The notes under the pieces are model-generated. The model had not been told where the DNA came from and did no database searches. It was given only the letters and a program-made list of their open reading frames with translations. A stretch of DNA of 64,000 nt from Tubulanus polymorphus (taxonomy: Eukaryota > Animalia > Nemertea): NCBI RefSeq assembly GCF_964204645.1, contig NC_134027.1, positions 10,634,485 to 10,698,484 of the forward strand, in the 5' to 3' direction. The position numbers were made by a program, and so were the translations under genes. Position 1 is the stretch's first letter, and every line of letters starts with the position of its first letter. Of the stretch, positions 14,338 to 35,631 are shown in pieces.

Positions 14338-17208
14338 AGTAAAATATATGTATTACGGCTTCCATTTTTCGGTGTAAATCACTACGTATACCGGTATGGA
14401 CTTGAAAGTGGTATGAAAGCACAAGTTATTTGTTTGGTTACGTTTAATGGATTATCACAGAATCTTTCTAGAATTTTGGAAAATTCAGTTAGGAATTCAT
14501 TGATGCAATAGTATCGCCGTAATTTCAAAAGCCAACATTGTAATTTAGTATCCTAGTTTAGTTTTGTTACATCAAATCGAAGATTCTGCATTTCAAAGAT
14601 TATAATGCAATATTTTGAGATTTTGGTAGATACCAGTATCCAAAACTTAGTGCATGTAGTTCCATTTTGATTTAAAAAAAAAAATTTTGCGTACGTTTTT
14701 GCTATACAAGTATAAATGGATTTTTTGGGTGTATTTACTCTGTAATGAATAGATAGATAAATGCAGCATCTTCGATCATTCGTATTTTTCAATATAGATG
14801 GTGACAGTTTCAGAGTTGCGATTTCAACACGTTTTGGTCCAAAGTTACTCCCTCGGAACTGCACTCGACATATATTCATATAACATTTAACTTAAGAGGT
14901 AGATGTAATTTTGAAGAATTCGAGCAATTTTCAAAAAAAAGGAATAGAAAATACCTGCTATCAATTTTTGTATGTTTCTTCTATTCGCGATCCCAAATCT
15001 ACATCTGCCTCTTGTTATATTACCGTATTTACTCTTATTTATAAGATAACATTTATAACAGGAAAATATATAGGTATAAAATTCATTAGTTACATTTTGG
15101 TTTTAACCTCTTTTGACTGATGTCATTTCGACTTTAACCTATAGACGTACTTTAAAGAATTAAGAATAGTAAAATTCAGAATTCTACAGGAGACATTTTA
15201 ACAGTTGTAAGTTAAGTTTGATTCAAGAGTTAGAATTGATGGTCGATTTCCTATGTTTTAACTCTGAAAGAGTCAAATTTTAACCAAGAACTGCAAAACT
15301 GGATCCTGATTATCAGATAATCAAGCTTCGAAAGATGATTCTATGATCTTCTGTCCCAAGAATTTTAGTTTTCATATGCCGTATTTATTGATTTGGGAAA
15401 TAAAACTTCACTCTGTTGCATGAAAGCTCGATTTTATGGAAATCCAGCATTCGTGGATAATTTCTACGCATGATTACGTTCTAAAAAACATTTATTTGAA
15501 TTTTCTGGAAATCAGCGAAAACTACGCCAAACTAAAAGCTTAGTTCCTTTAATGTATCGAAAAAACGCTTTAAGATAAAAGTCATTCAACTCAACGATGT
15601 TTATTTAGTCATGAAAAGGTCGATTTCACTAAGATTTGATTTTTACTGTCACAATATTTGAAGAGGAAAAAAATGCTATCTAGTAGGTATGACGATAACC
15701 TTGATTACCTTCACAGAAATAATATGTTATTATTATTATTAATATGCACCATCACCAATGGACAAATATCCAAGTGGATTACTGTTTTACTTCTAAGCTA
15801 CTAAAGGGTATTGGAATACTTTACATCGTACAGTGCAACCTTTTTAATGTCCGGCATGCTCGCCCCATCATCTATTTTTGTGGACTGTTACATACGGTAA
15901 CAAATAAGTCAAGATACCATCAAATGGTAAAATCCACAATCATGACGAAAATGAAGATTATTATGAAGATGGGTTTTTTCTTTAATTGAGTCATTTTTAC
16001 ATGGAAACCAAAAAAGCCGAAATGGATGTGGGTAGATGGGAGCACTGTTACTCTGAAATTTTAAGTATGTGATTCCCTTTAGGAGTAAAGAAAATATTGT
16101 GTTCTTCCTACAGTGTCAGTTCTGTGCTTAGCACTACTCTCTCTTGAGTGAAATCTTTCCATAAAGCATGTGTAAATATACTTTGTAAATACAGTGTACA
16201 GTAGCTCTATCAAAGCAAAGAATATCAATATGTGTATAAATCTATTGTTGATAGCGTTTTTTGTACAGAAACAGTTGAATGGTATACAAAATAAGAATAG
16301 AAAGTTGATTTTGTAATTATTGCACATCAAGTTCTGAATATGTAAATGGATGTAAGTTTTCCAGAAAATGACAATAAAATGCATGATAATATTGAAATTC
16401 ATTGTTTAGTTGTTAACACTGGTGCAGTTATGGTGTATGCATGCAGGTGTCATATTTCAATCTTAAGTCAGGAGCTATCTGGTGCATGGGTCTTGGGTTT
16501 AAAAAAAGCAGATTGTTCGGTAGACACAAGTAGAATCTGGGAATATCCTTAGGAGGCTTCTCGGTAATGTTTTAGTTAAGGTCGTCATCCACAAATACAT
16601 GCTATACTGATATTTTGTTGTAACTAGTAGCCAATGAACTTCAGAGGATGACTCCCTTATTACACAGTTTGCCAACTAACCTGTGATGGAGACTTGTCAT
16701 AGATATCGGGTAATAAAAGGTACTTCAAGGGTCCATCATGTGATCTATTATTGTCTGTTTGACCACTAATAGGGTGTAGTCATGTGGAAAAGCACATTGC
16801 AGCAAGACCACTTTACCCTATCTCATTTTCCCTGAACCATATCCAAAATTCAATTGTTATTCTCAATATGTTTGGATTAAAATTCACCTTCATATGGTAT
16901 GCGGATGAAAGCTAACCTAAGAGACTGACTAAAGAAATAGCTAAAACAGGAAAATAATGGTAATAGCAATCGATTGACCGGACCTCTAGAGGTAGTTTGC
17001 TGGTTCCAGAGCTAATGAATTTATCATCTAATAGTGTATATTGGAGTGTGGGCTCTGCCTTGTATAAAGAAAATCTAACGCTTCATACCAGTGCAATCCT
17101 CTACGTCGATAACCATCTCCTCAGTCAATCATGGGGATTCATAACAATTACGAGACCGAAAGTATGCAAAACTAAGTCACAGATTTAAAATCAACATGAT
17201 CATGTATT

Positions 17209-26303
<9,095 letters not shown>

Positions 26304-28285
26304 GTTGTTGTTGATTCTTAACAGTAACCTTTATTATAACAAAGTGGCTGAACGACAAACGCGCCTCAAACCAAAAGCGTATTGCTACCTATTCAATCGT
26401 CATCTTTAAGGACGGTTTTAAATGCGAGAGCATAGCAGATGTCAGGGAATTCCGTCGTAGAGGGGTAGGCCGTGGTACCGTCGTCAAATAAAATATTATT
26501 TGAATTTGGCTCCACTGTGCTGCAATAAATTTAATTGAATTGATCCGAGAGAAAGGGGTTGCTCCGAGAATATCCAAAGGCACATCTGTTTGGAATCGGT
26601 TTGCACAAACCGTTTCGGTTTAGGACAATCCGGCGTTTTCGTGCACCGGTTTACAATGCAGTTTTTGATAAATCGGCCTCTTTGTTTAGGCGTAAACCGT
26701 TCGGCGAGCAACAAGATCAAACCGATTTTTCCAACATTGCGGTATAGACAAATTTCCGCCGTCAGGCGACATTCCGTTGAATGTTTTGGCTATGCCCATT
26801 TCTATGGGCTGATTCGAAGTCCTTACTGAAAACTTTTTCTGCACGGCTAGGAGGAACGATAAAAAAATTCCTCACTTTGGTCCATTTTAACTTTTTTTTC
26901 GCACGAGAATTCAAAACTTTTGGTTCTCTCACGCGAGGATTCAAAACTTTTTGTTTTTCTCGCGGGGGAAGTCAAATTTACTGAATAATTTTTTATCTTT
27001 GGTTTTCCGACTGGCTAGAGGTTAGATAAAAATGTTTTACATTGGCCCGTTGTTTGTTTTTTTCGCGCTAGAAAACCAAAAGTTTTGATTTCTCGTTCGA
27101 TTGAATCATTTCTCAAATGCATTTCTCCCACTCGTAATTCGATGACGGTTTTTCCATTCGCCAGTATGAATTTTCCGTGGACAATTTGCGGTCTTCTTTT
27201 ATTCAATTCGTCGATTAACTACTCTATATTGATGTAGCTTTTCGCGTTACACCTTTCCGGCAAGCACCGCTCTTCTACCCTCGGTTGCATACCAGGTGTT
27301 TCCATGTACGTATGTTGGCTACTGATACGTTATTCTCGGCTACATTCCGTATAGGCGATCGATATTTTTTTCAGTAACTCGGATTGGACACATTTTCAAT
27401 GGAACATTCGAGAACGTCGCGAATGGATCGCGTTACAGCGAGAGCTTGATCTCGATAGGCGTAATCGATTAGTTTCGAAAGTTTTTGTCCATTTTTCGCT
27501 CTCCCCAACAAGAGGAAATCAAAATGTCCTTTAACGAGCGGTCCACTTTTCTTCGTCGCTTTCCTATTCATATTTGGCGTTTTTATCGTCAAATTTACAT
27601 TTGTTGCACCGGTATGGTGGCTGAAAAGGGCCATAACGTAAAATTCCTGGTAATGCAAATGAGCGTGCCAAAACGCCAAAGCGAAAAACATTCCTTTACA
27701 AAGTCCGTTTTGGCGAACAAACTTAAAGAAGGAAAAACGTCGAATATTCTATAAAAATCCATTTTCGTGCTCCAAAACAAAAAATATTCCGACCGAACGA
27801 ACTTTCGTTTTCAAAATGGATTTCTATTCTCGTTTGGCGCACCAAAATAGAATCCGCTTTGGTGCACCGATTTTTAACCCATTGGTGCGGAAAAAGAAGA
27901 TATTGATAGCAGGAAAACGATATCCTTGTACTTAATAGTTGCCCTACCACTACTGAAAAAAAAAAACAAACTGTCACAATGCGAAAAATTGTATTATTAT
28001 CAACAAAGTTAGCGTTGTCCTACAGTATAGAGGTATCCTGGATATCCTTATAAAATAATTGTGAATTTGCTTTGCAATTCAATGTTAAACGATCCCAGGA
28101 ATGAGATTTAATCTAATTTGCCACATCTTTACAGGATTCACCGTCGTATGGATTGACGCATGTAATTATTAATTGTTATACACTAAAGTAGGCTGATATT
28201 TCGTAATTGACACAAGAAATTAAGTTGAATATCTCATCAAAATACATAAAGAATATGGACTTTTGATCTTATTCATGAATACAGG

Positions 28286-28977
28286 CTAAAAACCAGCATC
28301 AGCGGCATCATCGTCGTCGTCGTCATCATCCTGAATATTCTGGAAAGTATCCATATTTAACCTTGCCTTTAAGGAATAAATGCGGTATGTATGAACACCA
28401 CCTCGGGCCAAAAATATGTCATTTTCACTAGAACTCAAGTCCCTAGGGACGATATCCTCTCCTATGTAAACGTACGATGCGCGATCATCGAATAGATTTT
28501 GGCTGAAGAAATAACGTGAACGGATTTTTTGTGGATACGTAAGTGATACTTGGAGAGTATTCGGCTCTCGGTCATTATCACGTTCCCGGTATCGTTTTTA
28601 TGAAATGAAATGCAATTGAAACTGACTCGAAATCGTATTGTAGAAATATATTGGTCGAATTCTTAACTTCGTTATGGACGCCAATGACATTGCCCAGGTT
28701 GGACAGTGATCCGGTGTCAGTACGGAACCTCGTAGCTATCAAAACCGACTGGCCCGGCCGCAACTTATTTGCGCCAACAAACGTAAACATATCTGATTGG
28801 GTTGTAGGTCGCCACACTGCCGTAAACGGATTCATCCGTGGACTCGTTTCGGTAGAATGTCCATTTTCGAATTGCTCCGAAGGAACTGAACGATTCGTAT
28901 CTCAAAATAACCATACAGCAGTGATGCTGTTCCATGAGAGATTTTGACCTCTATCCTGCAGATTTCTTTTCACAAGT
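28286..28977 (-). pseudogene. Degenerate paralog of the secreted poly-Asp-tail protein at 34178-35631
   Basis: Aligns by eye with 34178-34941 (AVWRPT.QSDMFTFVGANKL, VIGVH.EVKN, RASYVYI.E, YSL.ARLN, DDDDD); shared 3' UTR at ~28115-28285. Several frameshifts and an in-frame TGA; no signal-peptide exon found. Confidence 0.85.
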
Positions 28978-29117
28978 GAGGGAATTCATTGTTCTAACAT
29001 ACGCTTATAAGACAGGCCTAATTCGACTTTCAATGTAATGCGATCGGTTGCAACTTGTTGTGAATGTGCGTTTTAATAAGTTGACTGCACCGTCCGCCTT
29101 CGTAAGCAACGGTGTGA

Positions 29118-29480
29118 ACTATGGTGGCTGATTCGGGCCAAGTTAGAAAAAAATCCGTGCAATATTTCGCGCAAAAAATATATTGCTTCGTTTCTGCGTC
29201 CAAGAACTTTACCGCGCAGAAACGCGCCGAAACGAGCGCAGAAACGAACCTTCGTTTTTGCACCCGCTTCTGCGCGTTTCTTCGCGGTAATTTCTCGTTT
29301 CGGCGCCCCGCAGAAACAAACTTTGTTTCTCCACCCGTTTCTTCGCCGCGAAGAAACGAATTTTACCGCGCAGAAACGCACCGAAACGAACCTTCGTTTT
29401 TGCGCCCGTTTCTGCGCGCTTCTTCGCGGTCATTTCTCGTTTCTGCGCTCCGCCAAAACGAACCTCGTTTCTTCGTCCGT
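29118..29480 (+). mobile_element. Satellite-bearing interspersed element, copy 1 (truncated)
   Basis: Starts ACTATGGTGGCTGATTCGGGCCAAGTT, followed by GCGCAGAAACG / AAACGAACCTTCGTTT repeats; same leader at 63409 and inverted at ~54520. Confidence 0.85.
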
Positions 29481-29790
29481 TGCTGAAAACTATTCATATA
29501 CACTAAGAAACAAGACAGGTATACATGGAAATTGAAGTAAAAACAAAGATGACAAGTAATGACATGACAACGTCGGAGACGAACGACACTTAACACATTA
29601 CAACAAATTGTTTCACGAAAGAGATTCAGGAAATTTTATTAAGCTTTATATAAATATATATAAGAAGGCCTACTAAGATTTCAAATCTAACGGACAAAAA
29701 CACCGTAACGTTTTTAGATGAAAGTATCGATTGCAGACTAGTGCCCCTAGCAGGAATCAGTGGTATAAGGTGTGAAACGGGAAACGCCTT

Positions 29791-30879
29791 TTACTTTCCA
29801 GATAGACCGATCCAATATGGCGGAAAATAATCTTCATGACTGACCAAACGTGCCAGACTCGAAAATTCACGCGGCCAGTCCTTGTAATATATAGTTGTCC
29901 CATTGGCTAACCAGCTCGCCCACCAACCGAACGAACCAGTCGACATGATCATGTGATCGCAGGATGACAATATAGCTAGATCTAAAGCCGGATCTTTCAC
30001 TTTAGAAAAAACTACATTCGCAGTTTCATTGGGAACGTTTTTCTCGCACCACGGAACATCATCTGACGCAACAATAAACAGAACGTTCTTACCGTATAAT
30101 GACGTCATACGGTCCATCGCATTTTCTAAATAGCTGACCGGAACTGTGACGTAACCGAAATCAGATAAGTGTTTTGAGGTAATATCGCCGCGTCTTACAT
30201 GTATGCCGATAGTCGTAATTTTGGCGCTAGTGAATAATGAAAGAGTGTACGCGCTACGCTGTACGAAATTTTCAGCGGCCATTTTTATGTGTTTTCGGAT
30301 CGTAAATTGTTTACGAATTTCGTCGGCCTCATTTTGAAAATACTTCCACGACTGTAAATAACCCGAGATACGACTGGCGAACACACCATTGATATTTTTA
30401 TGTAAATAACGACTCCCGGGATCGAATTTTCCCGGGCCTTTTTCTACGAACACGGTTTTGACGCGCTTGTTACCTTCGAGTGTTATAGAGGGTGCCGTCA
30501 ATTCAAAAATCGTCGCTAGTTTGAAATCGACAGGAATGACCGATATGACGTTATAGTGTTTAGAGATAGAGTGCAGCGCCGCGTATTGGAACATTAAGTT
30601 ACCAGTGCGACCGATATACAAGGCGGTCATAACCGGATACGGATCCTGCGGGAATTTTATCACTTCCGGTGATGGCTGATTTGGAGAAAATATCCGTTGT
30701 CGGCGTCCAACGTGCGTTAGACAGTTAAAAGATGTGCCATTAATAAGGGCTCTTAAGGATAGCAGATCCGGCATCGACGATGTCGATTCTCTGTAGCGCC
30801 AGTTGGTTGCAGTAAATCCAGTCATTATCAAGACAACACCAGAACTAATCAAGAAAACGATTATTCCAATTTTTCGCAT
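29791..30879 (-). CDS. Galactoside alpha-1,2-fucosyltransferase (GT11, FUT1/FUT2-like), 362 aa
   Basis: Uninterrupted ORF with N-terminal type II anchor (IGIIVFLISSGVVLIM) and GT11 motifs GRTGNLMFQYA, SGYLQSWKYF, GIHVRRGD, FIVASDD, DLAILSSCDHMIMSTGSFGWW. Splice acceptor just upstream of the ATG. Confidence 0.95.
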   Translation of the reverse strand: MRKIGIIVFLISSGVVLIMTGFTATNWRYRESTSSMPDLLSLRALINGTSFNCLTHVGRRQRIFSPNQPSPEVIKFPQDPYPVMTALYIGRTGNLMFQYAALHSISKHYNVISVIPVDFKLATIFELTAPSITLEGNKRVKTVFVEKGPGKFDPGSRYLHKNINGVFASRISGYLQSWKYFQNEADEIRKQFTIRKHIKMAAENFVQRSAYTLSLFTSAKITTIGIHVRRGDITSKHLSDFGYVTVPVSYLENAMDRMTSLYGKNVLFIVASDDVPWCEKNVPNETANVVFSKVKDPALDLAILSSCDHMIMSTGSFGWWASWLANGTTIYYKDWPREFSSLARLVSHEDYFPPYWIGLSGK

Positions 30880-31023
30880 TTTTCCTAATCGAAAAGGACG
30901 ATTCAGGCAGTGTATAGCAAGTCCTGTAGTGGCTAGAGTAAGGGATCGCCGGTTGGTAGCCGCGAGAATAATTATACGTAGAATCTCTAGTTCAAATATG
31001 ACAGCAAATCATCCCAGTGTTTA

Positions 31024-31129
31024 TACTCGCGACTGCACTTGTTTATCAAGCTCAGTATGTACTCGCGTCAGCACTTGTTTATCAAGCTGAGTATATACTC
31101 GCGTCTGCACTTGTTTATGAAGCTGAGTA
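31024..31129. repeat. 36-bp minisatellite, 3 units
   Basis: TACTCGCG(A/T)C(T/A)GCACTTGTTTAT(C/G)AAGCT units starting at 31024, 31060 and 31096. Confidence 0.9.
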
Positions 31130-31249
31130 AAATAATCATTAAGTTCTTAAAAATGTCCTAGGCTTCAAAATACGTAGGCCTATGAAAAACAAATTCAAAT
31201 AGTAGTTTATTGAATACTGAATTGAGTTCTACGTTTTAGTGGCCAGCTG

Positions 31250-31946
31250 TCCAAATTTAGACCGGACTAAATTTTGGTGAGCGTTCACACGGCGTTTTGA
31301 CACGCGTGATAAAATCGCTTGTCACTGGGACCACAAGATGTCGCCATCTGCTAAATAATTAACTGGGCCTGGATGAAGTCTTGCTTCTAGATTCCAAGTA
31401 GAGCAAAAAATTCTCCATTTGACCGATTCGATCCTGTGTCAGGTTTAGACATTTTTGCGAATTCGATTTTATTCTATCACCCTGAACCTTAGTGTCGTTT
31501 AAACACGATTCAAAACACGGAAATAAAACGGATGATGATCGCAACATACGAATACGAATATTTGTTACGCTCCAAATATTTACATGGTAAAGGGAGGAAA
31601 AATGGTAGGCCTACTTAAAAATGATTACATAAACGATAAAAAAGCATTTAAAACTTAATAACCCGACTCACAATCTACCGCTGAGGTCGTGACATCTACC
31701 GCAGAGATTCAGAATTACGATTTAGACCGGACCTGGTACCAGTTTCTATCCGCACATATACATTTAGACCGGTCCAAAATTTGGACCGGACCAGGTTCGC
31801 TCTTTTAGACCTCGGTGAATTAGACCGGTCTAAACTAGACCGGACTAATTTGGAACGGTATTTTTGCCCGTGTGAACGCTTGGTCCGGTCTAAACTGGAC
31901 CGGACCAAATTTAGACCTGTCTAAATTTCGTCGTGTGAACGCGCCT
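31250..31946. mobile_element. MITE with subterminal TTAGACCGG/GGACCGGA repeats, PIF/Harbinger-like right end, left end truncated
   Basis: Right end TCGTGTGAACGCGCC; inverted AGCGTTCACACGG (~31280) pairs with CCGTGTGAACGCT (~31868); many short inverted GACCGGTC motifs. Confidence 0.55.
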
Positions 31947-32924
31947 ATAGATCACGGATTATTCGACGATACTTTTATATTTGTGACAGCTTTAAGGTAG
32001 TTAATTTGGGACACAATCATATGTAATCGAATTTGATGGGAGGAAAATTGAGCAAATAAAATCAGACAGTATGGTAATAATCGCGAGAATAACAATAGGG
32101 TCCAAAACTATTAATTAATTGATCACCTTTCTTTCTGATGGTAACGGAATTTTGCAGATTATTTGCACCATCGTCTCCAGTTTTCTCCACCAAATGCAAT
32201 CGTATTGAAATAGTCACAAAATGCCAAGAATTGCTGAGCATAGATAGTGCTTGACAGGTGCAGAACTAGTCATCGTGTTAGTGCAGTGTAGAATGCCTAT
32301 AAGCCCTATAATTCTAGGAGTTGCAGATTTTGCCGATTATTTGTGTCATTCTCTAAGGTGTGTGTACCAAATGCACTCGCATAAAAAGTAGCCACACAAA
32401 ATGCGAAGAATGTATGAATACAAACAACAATAAGCAGGTGGTGGAAACCAGCCTTTGTGTTTGTGAAGAATGCTGATAGGACCTGTAATTCTGAAAGTAG
32501 AAGATTGTACAGATTGTTAGCGCCAGCGAAATCGATGTCGTGTTGTATATTCTGGAATTGTTTTTTTTCAAAACCCACATGATAACGGATTTCAGGGATT
32601 GGTCTATTAAGTTGCTTGTCGTCAATCCTTCTCCCCGATGTTTTTGCATTACATATAGTACTACTTTTGGCATCCGTGATCCAGTACTGGCTCTATTCGA
32701 TTGCTTATCGTCAATCCTTCTCCCACGGATCGATGTTTTTTTTTCTTTTTATACTCCAGCTCTGCCATAAGACAGCGAGCTGATTTCTTTTAGTTTTTCG
32801 CAGACCATTTCTTGGTGGGCATTCTTGGTCGGTCGTTACTTCCACTTGTCGAAAAATGAAAACGCGAAATTGCTGATCGGATACGCAATCTTCGTCGTCG
32901 GAACTAATCGTTCATTTTCCATGT

Positions 32925-33287
32925 CAATATAGTCGTTCCCGGGTGAATTCGGCAGGGCCAGAACGATCTGTCGACATTGGCAGCCTTTCTTCGACGGATT
33001 CTTTCAAACTTCTCGCCCGCTTGAAACATAGCGCACGACTTCAGCGCCGGTGCGTAGTCATCATTTCTTCCCTATCGATTCTAGTGCGGTTCTTCGCGAT
33101 GGGTAATACTTTCTTCATCATAACGGGAATGACTTCTTTTTAAATTACTCCTTTTATCAGACCACCGAGTAAACTTCCTAATCTATGCCCATTTTGATAG
33201 ATATCTTCTTTGAATACGGACCACCCCACTCCATAGTGCTGTTTGTAAACTTCCCTATCAGGGTATGTAAGGTATACACGATCTCAT
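32925..33287 (-). pseudogene. Degenerate Polinton/Maverick small virion-protein gene (PW-like, amphipathic GxGLGS motif)
   Basis: Manual translation across frameshifts and a stop: ...PYIPDREVYKQHYGVGWSVFKEDIYQNGHRLGSLLGGLIKGVI*KEVIPVMMKKVLPIAK...ESIGKK...TGAEVV..VSSGRESLKESVEERL. This matches my recollection of the Y..HY...F...YQ.GHGLGS..GGL motif of Polinton small proteins. Confidence 0.55.
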
Positions 33288-34177
33288 CTTCTTCGGTTCG
33301 TTTTTATTTTATCGAAAATAAGTGAAATAAGTAAGTGAAGCGTTACGATTACCGGATTCAAACATTACCAGATCTCCGGCGTCGCTTGTCAGTAAGATTA
33401 CTATTTCTTGACAAAGCGAGCACTACGGGGGGATGTACCTAACCGGATAGAACGATTTAACCGCGCACTTCCTCCTTTTTGTAGTCGACCCATCGCAAAA
33501 GTGCCAACAACGTATCTCTGACGACTGTCAGATCCACTAGATGCAGTAAACGTACACGTTGTAATCAGGCGCGGATCCAGACAATCGCACATGCTGCACG
33601 TGCGGTAGTCGCAGTTTTCAAATGCCCTTGAAAAATTTCTGTTTCGGGAAAAAAGTAAATAAAAGGGCACACAATTTGTGCGCCATATAGAATAATTGTT
33701 TTTCTGTATTAGGACTAAAGCAAAATGTGAATGAAAATAAATTGCTCAAAATCAAAAAAGGCAACCTAAGGTATTTTCCTTTATTCAAAAGGACATTATT
33801 GTTGCTCTATAAATTTAATCCAAAAAGGGGCAAACTTCGCCAAAAACCTAAAAAAGCACAAGCAAATTGAATGTGAAGGCAAATTTAGTGGCATGATACC
33901 AATAAATGGCACTCAAACTCAAACTCGCTCGTTGGACATTAATACTGGCCCTTTTCAAAGTTGATGCCCTTTTTTCACTGTGCTGTAGTCATTGAATGGC
34001 CCTGAATCCGCGCTTATTTGCCACATTTTTACAGGATTCCCCGTTGTATGGATTGACGCATATGTTTATTGTTTGTTATGATAGTAAACAAGGCTGATAT
34101 TTCGTAAATGTAAGTTGAATATCTTATTGAGATACATTAAGAATATGCAATCTTTAAATGTTATTCATAGATACAGG

Positions 34178-35631
34178 CTAAAAACCAGGCGTAGTTGATT
34201 GTTCTTCATGGTCATCCTCGTCATTATCTTCATCATCATCGTCATCATCATCATCATCGTCATCGTCATCGTCCTCATCATCCTGAATTTTCTGGAAAAC
34301 ATTCACATTCAGCCTTGCCCTCAGAGAGTATTTACGGTACGTGTTGACACCATCCCCGGGTGAGAATTGTCGCTGTCTACCGGAACGCAAGTTTCCATGT
34401 ACCAGTGTCTCATTTATGTAAACATACGAAGCGCGATCACCTTCAACTACATTTTCGCTGAAACAATAAGCGAACGGACTCAGAAAATTGTAGAAGTAAC
34501 GTGGGTACCTAAAGCGTATTCGGCTCTCGGCCATTATCATTTGTCTATCGTTTTGATGAAATGACAAAGGAATAGCAACTTACTGGGAATCGTATTGTAG
34601 AAATACATTAGCTGCATTCTTGACTTCGCTATGAACGCCGATCACATCGCCTGGTTGGACAGTGATGCGGTCGCAGTACGGAACCTTGAACTTACCGCGA
34701 CCGACGGGGCCGGCCGGCAACTTATTTGCGCCGACAAATGTAAACATATCTGATTGGTTTGTAGGGCGCCATACTGCCGCGAACGTAACGGATTCATCCG
34801 TAGACTCGTTGCGGTAGAATGTCCACCTTTGAATTGTTCCAAAGCAACTGAACGATTCGTTCCTCAAAATGATCATACTGCTGTGATGCTGTGCCGTACG
34901 GTTTTTCGACCTCCATCCTGCTGATTTCTTGTCACAAGTCCCTAAGAGAGAAAATTCACCATTCTTACATGCGCGCAAGTATATACAACGCACGTTTAGA
35001 CGGGCTTGGGCCTTTCTTTAATTTCTTAGAGTACGGATTTTTTTCAAGAAAAAAATTGGAGGACGAAGGGAAAAGATTGAAATTATAATTTTTTTATTGA
35101 TAGACTTTTTAAAATGGAAGGGAACAGGAAAAATGAATAAAAAAACGATTTTTTATCATTCAAGTTTTTGCGCAAAAAAAAAATTCAAAAGAGGAATGAA
35201 AATTGTGAAGAATTTGATTCTAATCATGGAAGAAATGAATAATGAACTCACTTTTTTGCAAATCACGAGAATGAAAATTATGGTGAAAATGACTTTTACA
35301 AGGTTACTAGATTGAAAATCAAGTACATAACGATAGAGTTTCTTATGTTTCTGATTTGTTTCTATTGAAAAATTTTGATGAAAAGACGGTGGACCGATCT
35401 TTTTAAATTCTATGATTTTTTCAGAGTTCTAGGAGGTGGATCCGTGCTCCAAGCGTTCATAAAATGATTTAGTTCAACTTGTGGCCGCATGCAAAGCGGG
35501 GCGTTGGTTGCAACCGGGTCGGACGGAGCGTCACTGTCAGCCTTTCTTTCAAAATTTGGAGTTACCCTATACTTACCTGCGAAGACGGTGGCTACAGCCA
35601 CTAAATTACACAATAGTAATATTTTCCACAT
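34178..35631 (-). pseudogene. Secreted protein (~272 codons) with an uncharacterised beta-rich domain and C-terminal Asp/Glu tract; single in-frame TAA at 34580-34582
   Basis: Exon 35577-35631 encodes signal peptide MWKILLLCNLVAVATVFA-G with a GTAAG donor; exon 34178-34941 follows acceptor TTTTCTCTCTTAG in matching phase. ORFs 34580-34993 and 34178-34567 are in the same frame, separated only by TAA where the paralog has TCA. Confidence 0.75.

Noticed and set aside
31024-31129. 36-bp repeats resembling CRISPR repeat length
   Set aside because: Units are head-to-tail with no spacers, there are no cas genes, and the DNA is eukaryotic.
34580-34582. Possible recoded stop (selenocysteine) in the secreted gene
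   Set aside because: The codon is TAA, not TGA, and the paralog has TCA (Ser), so a point mutation is simpler.
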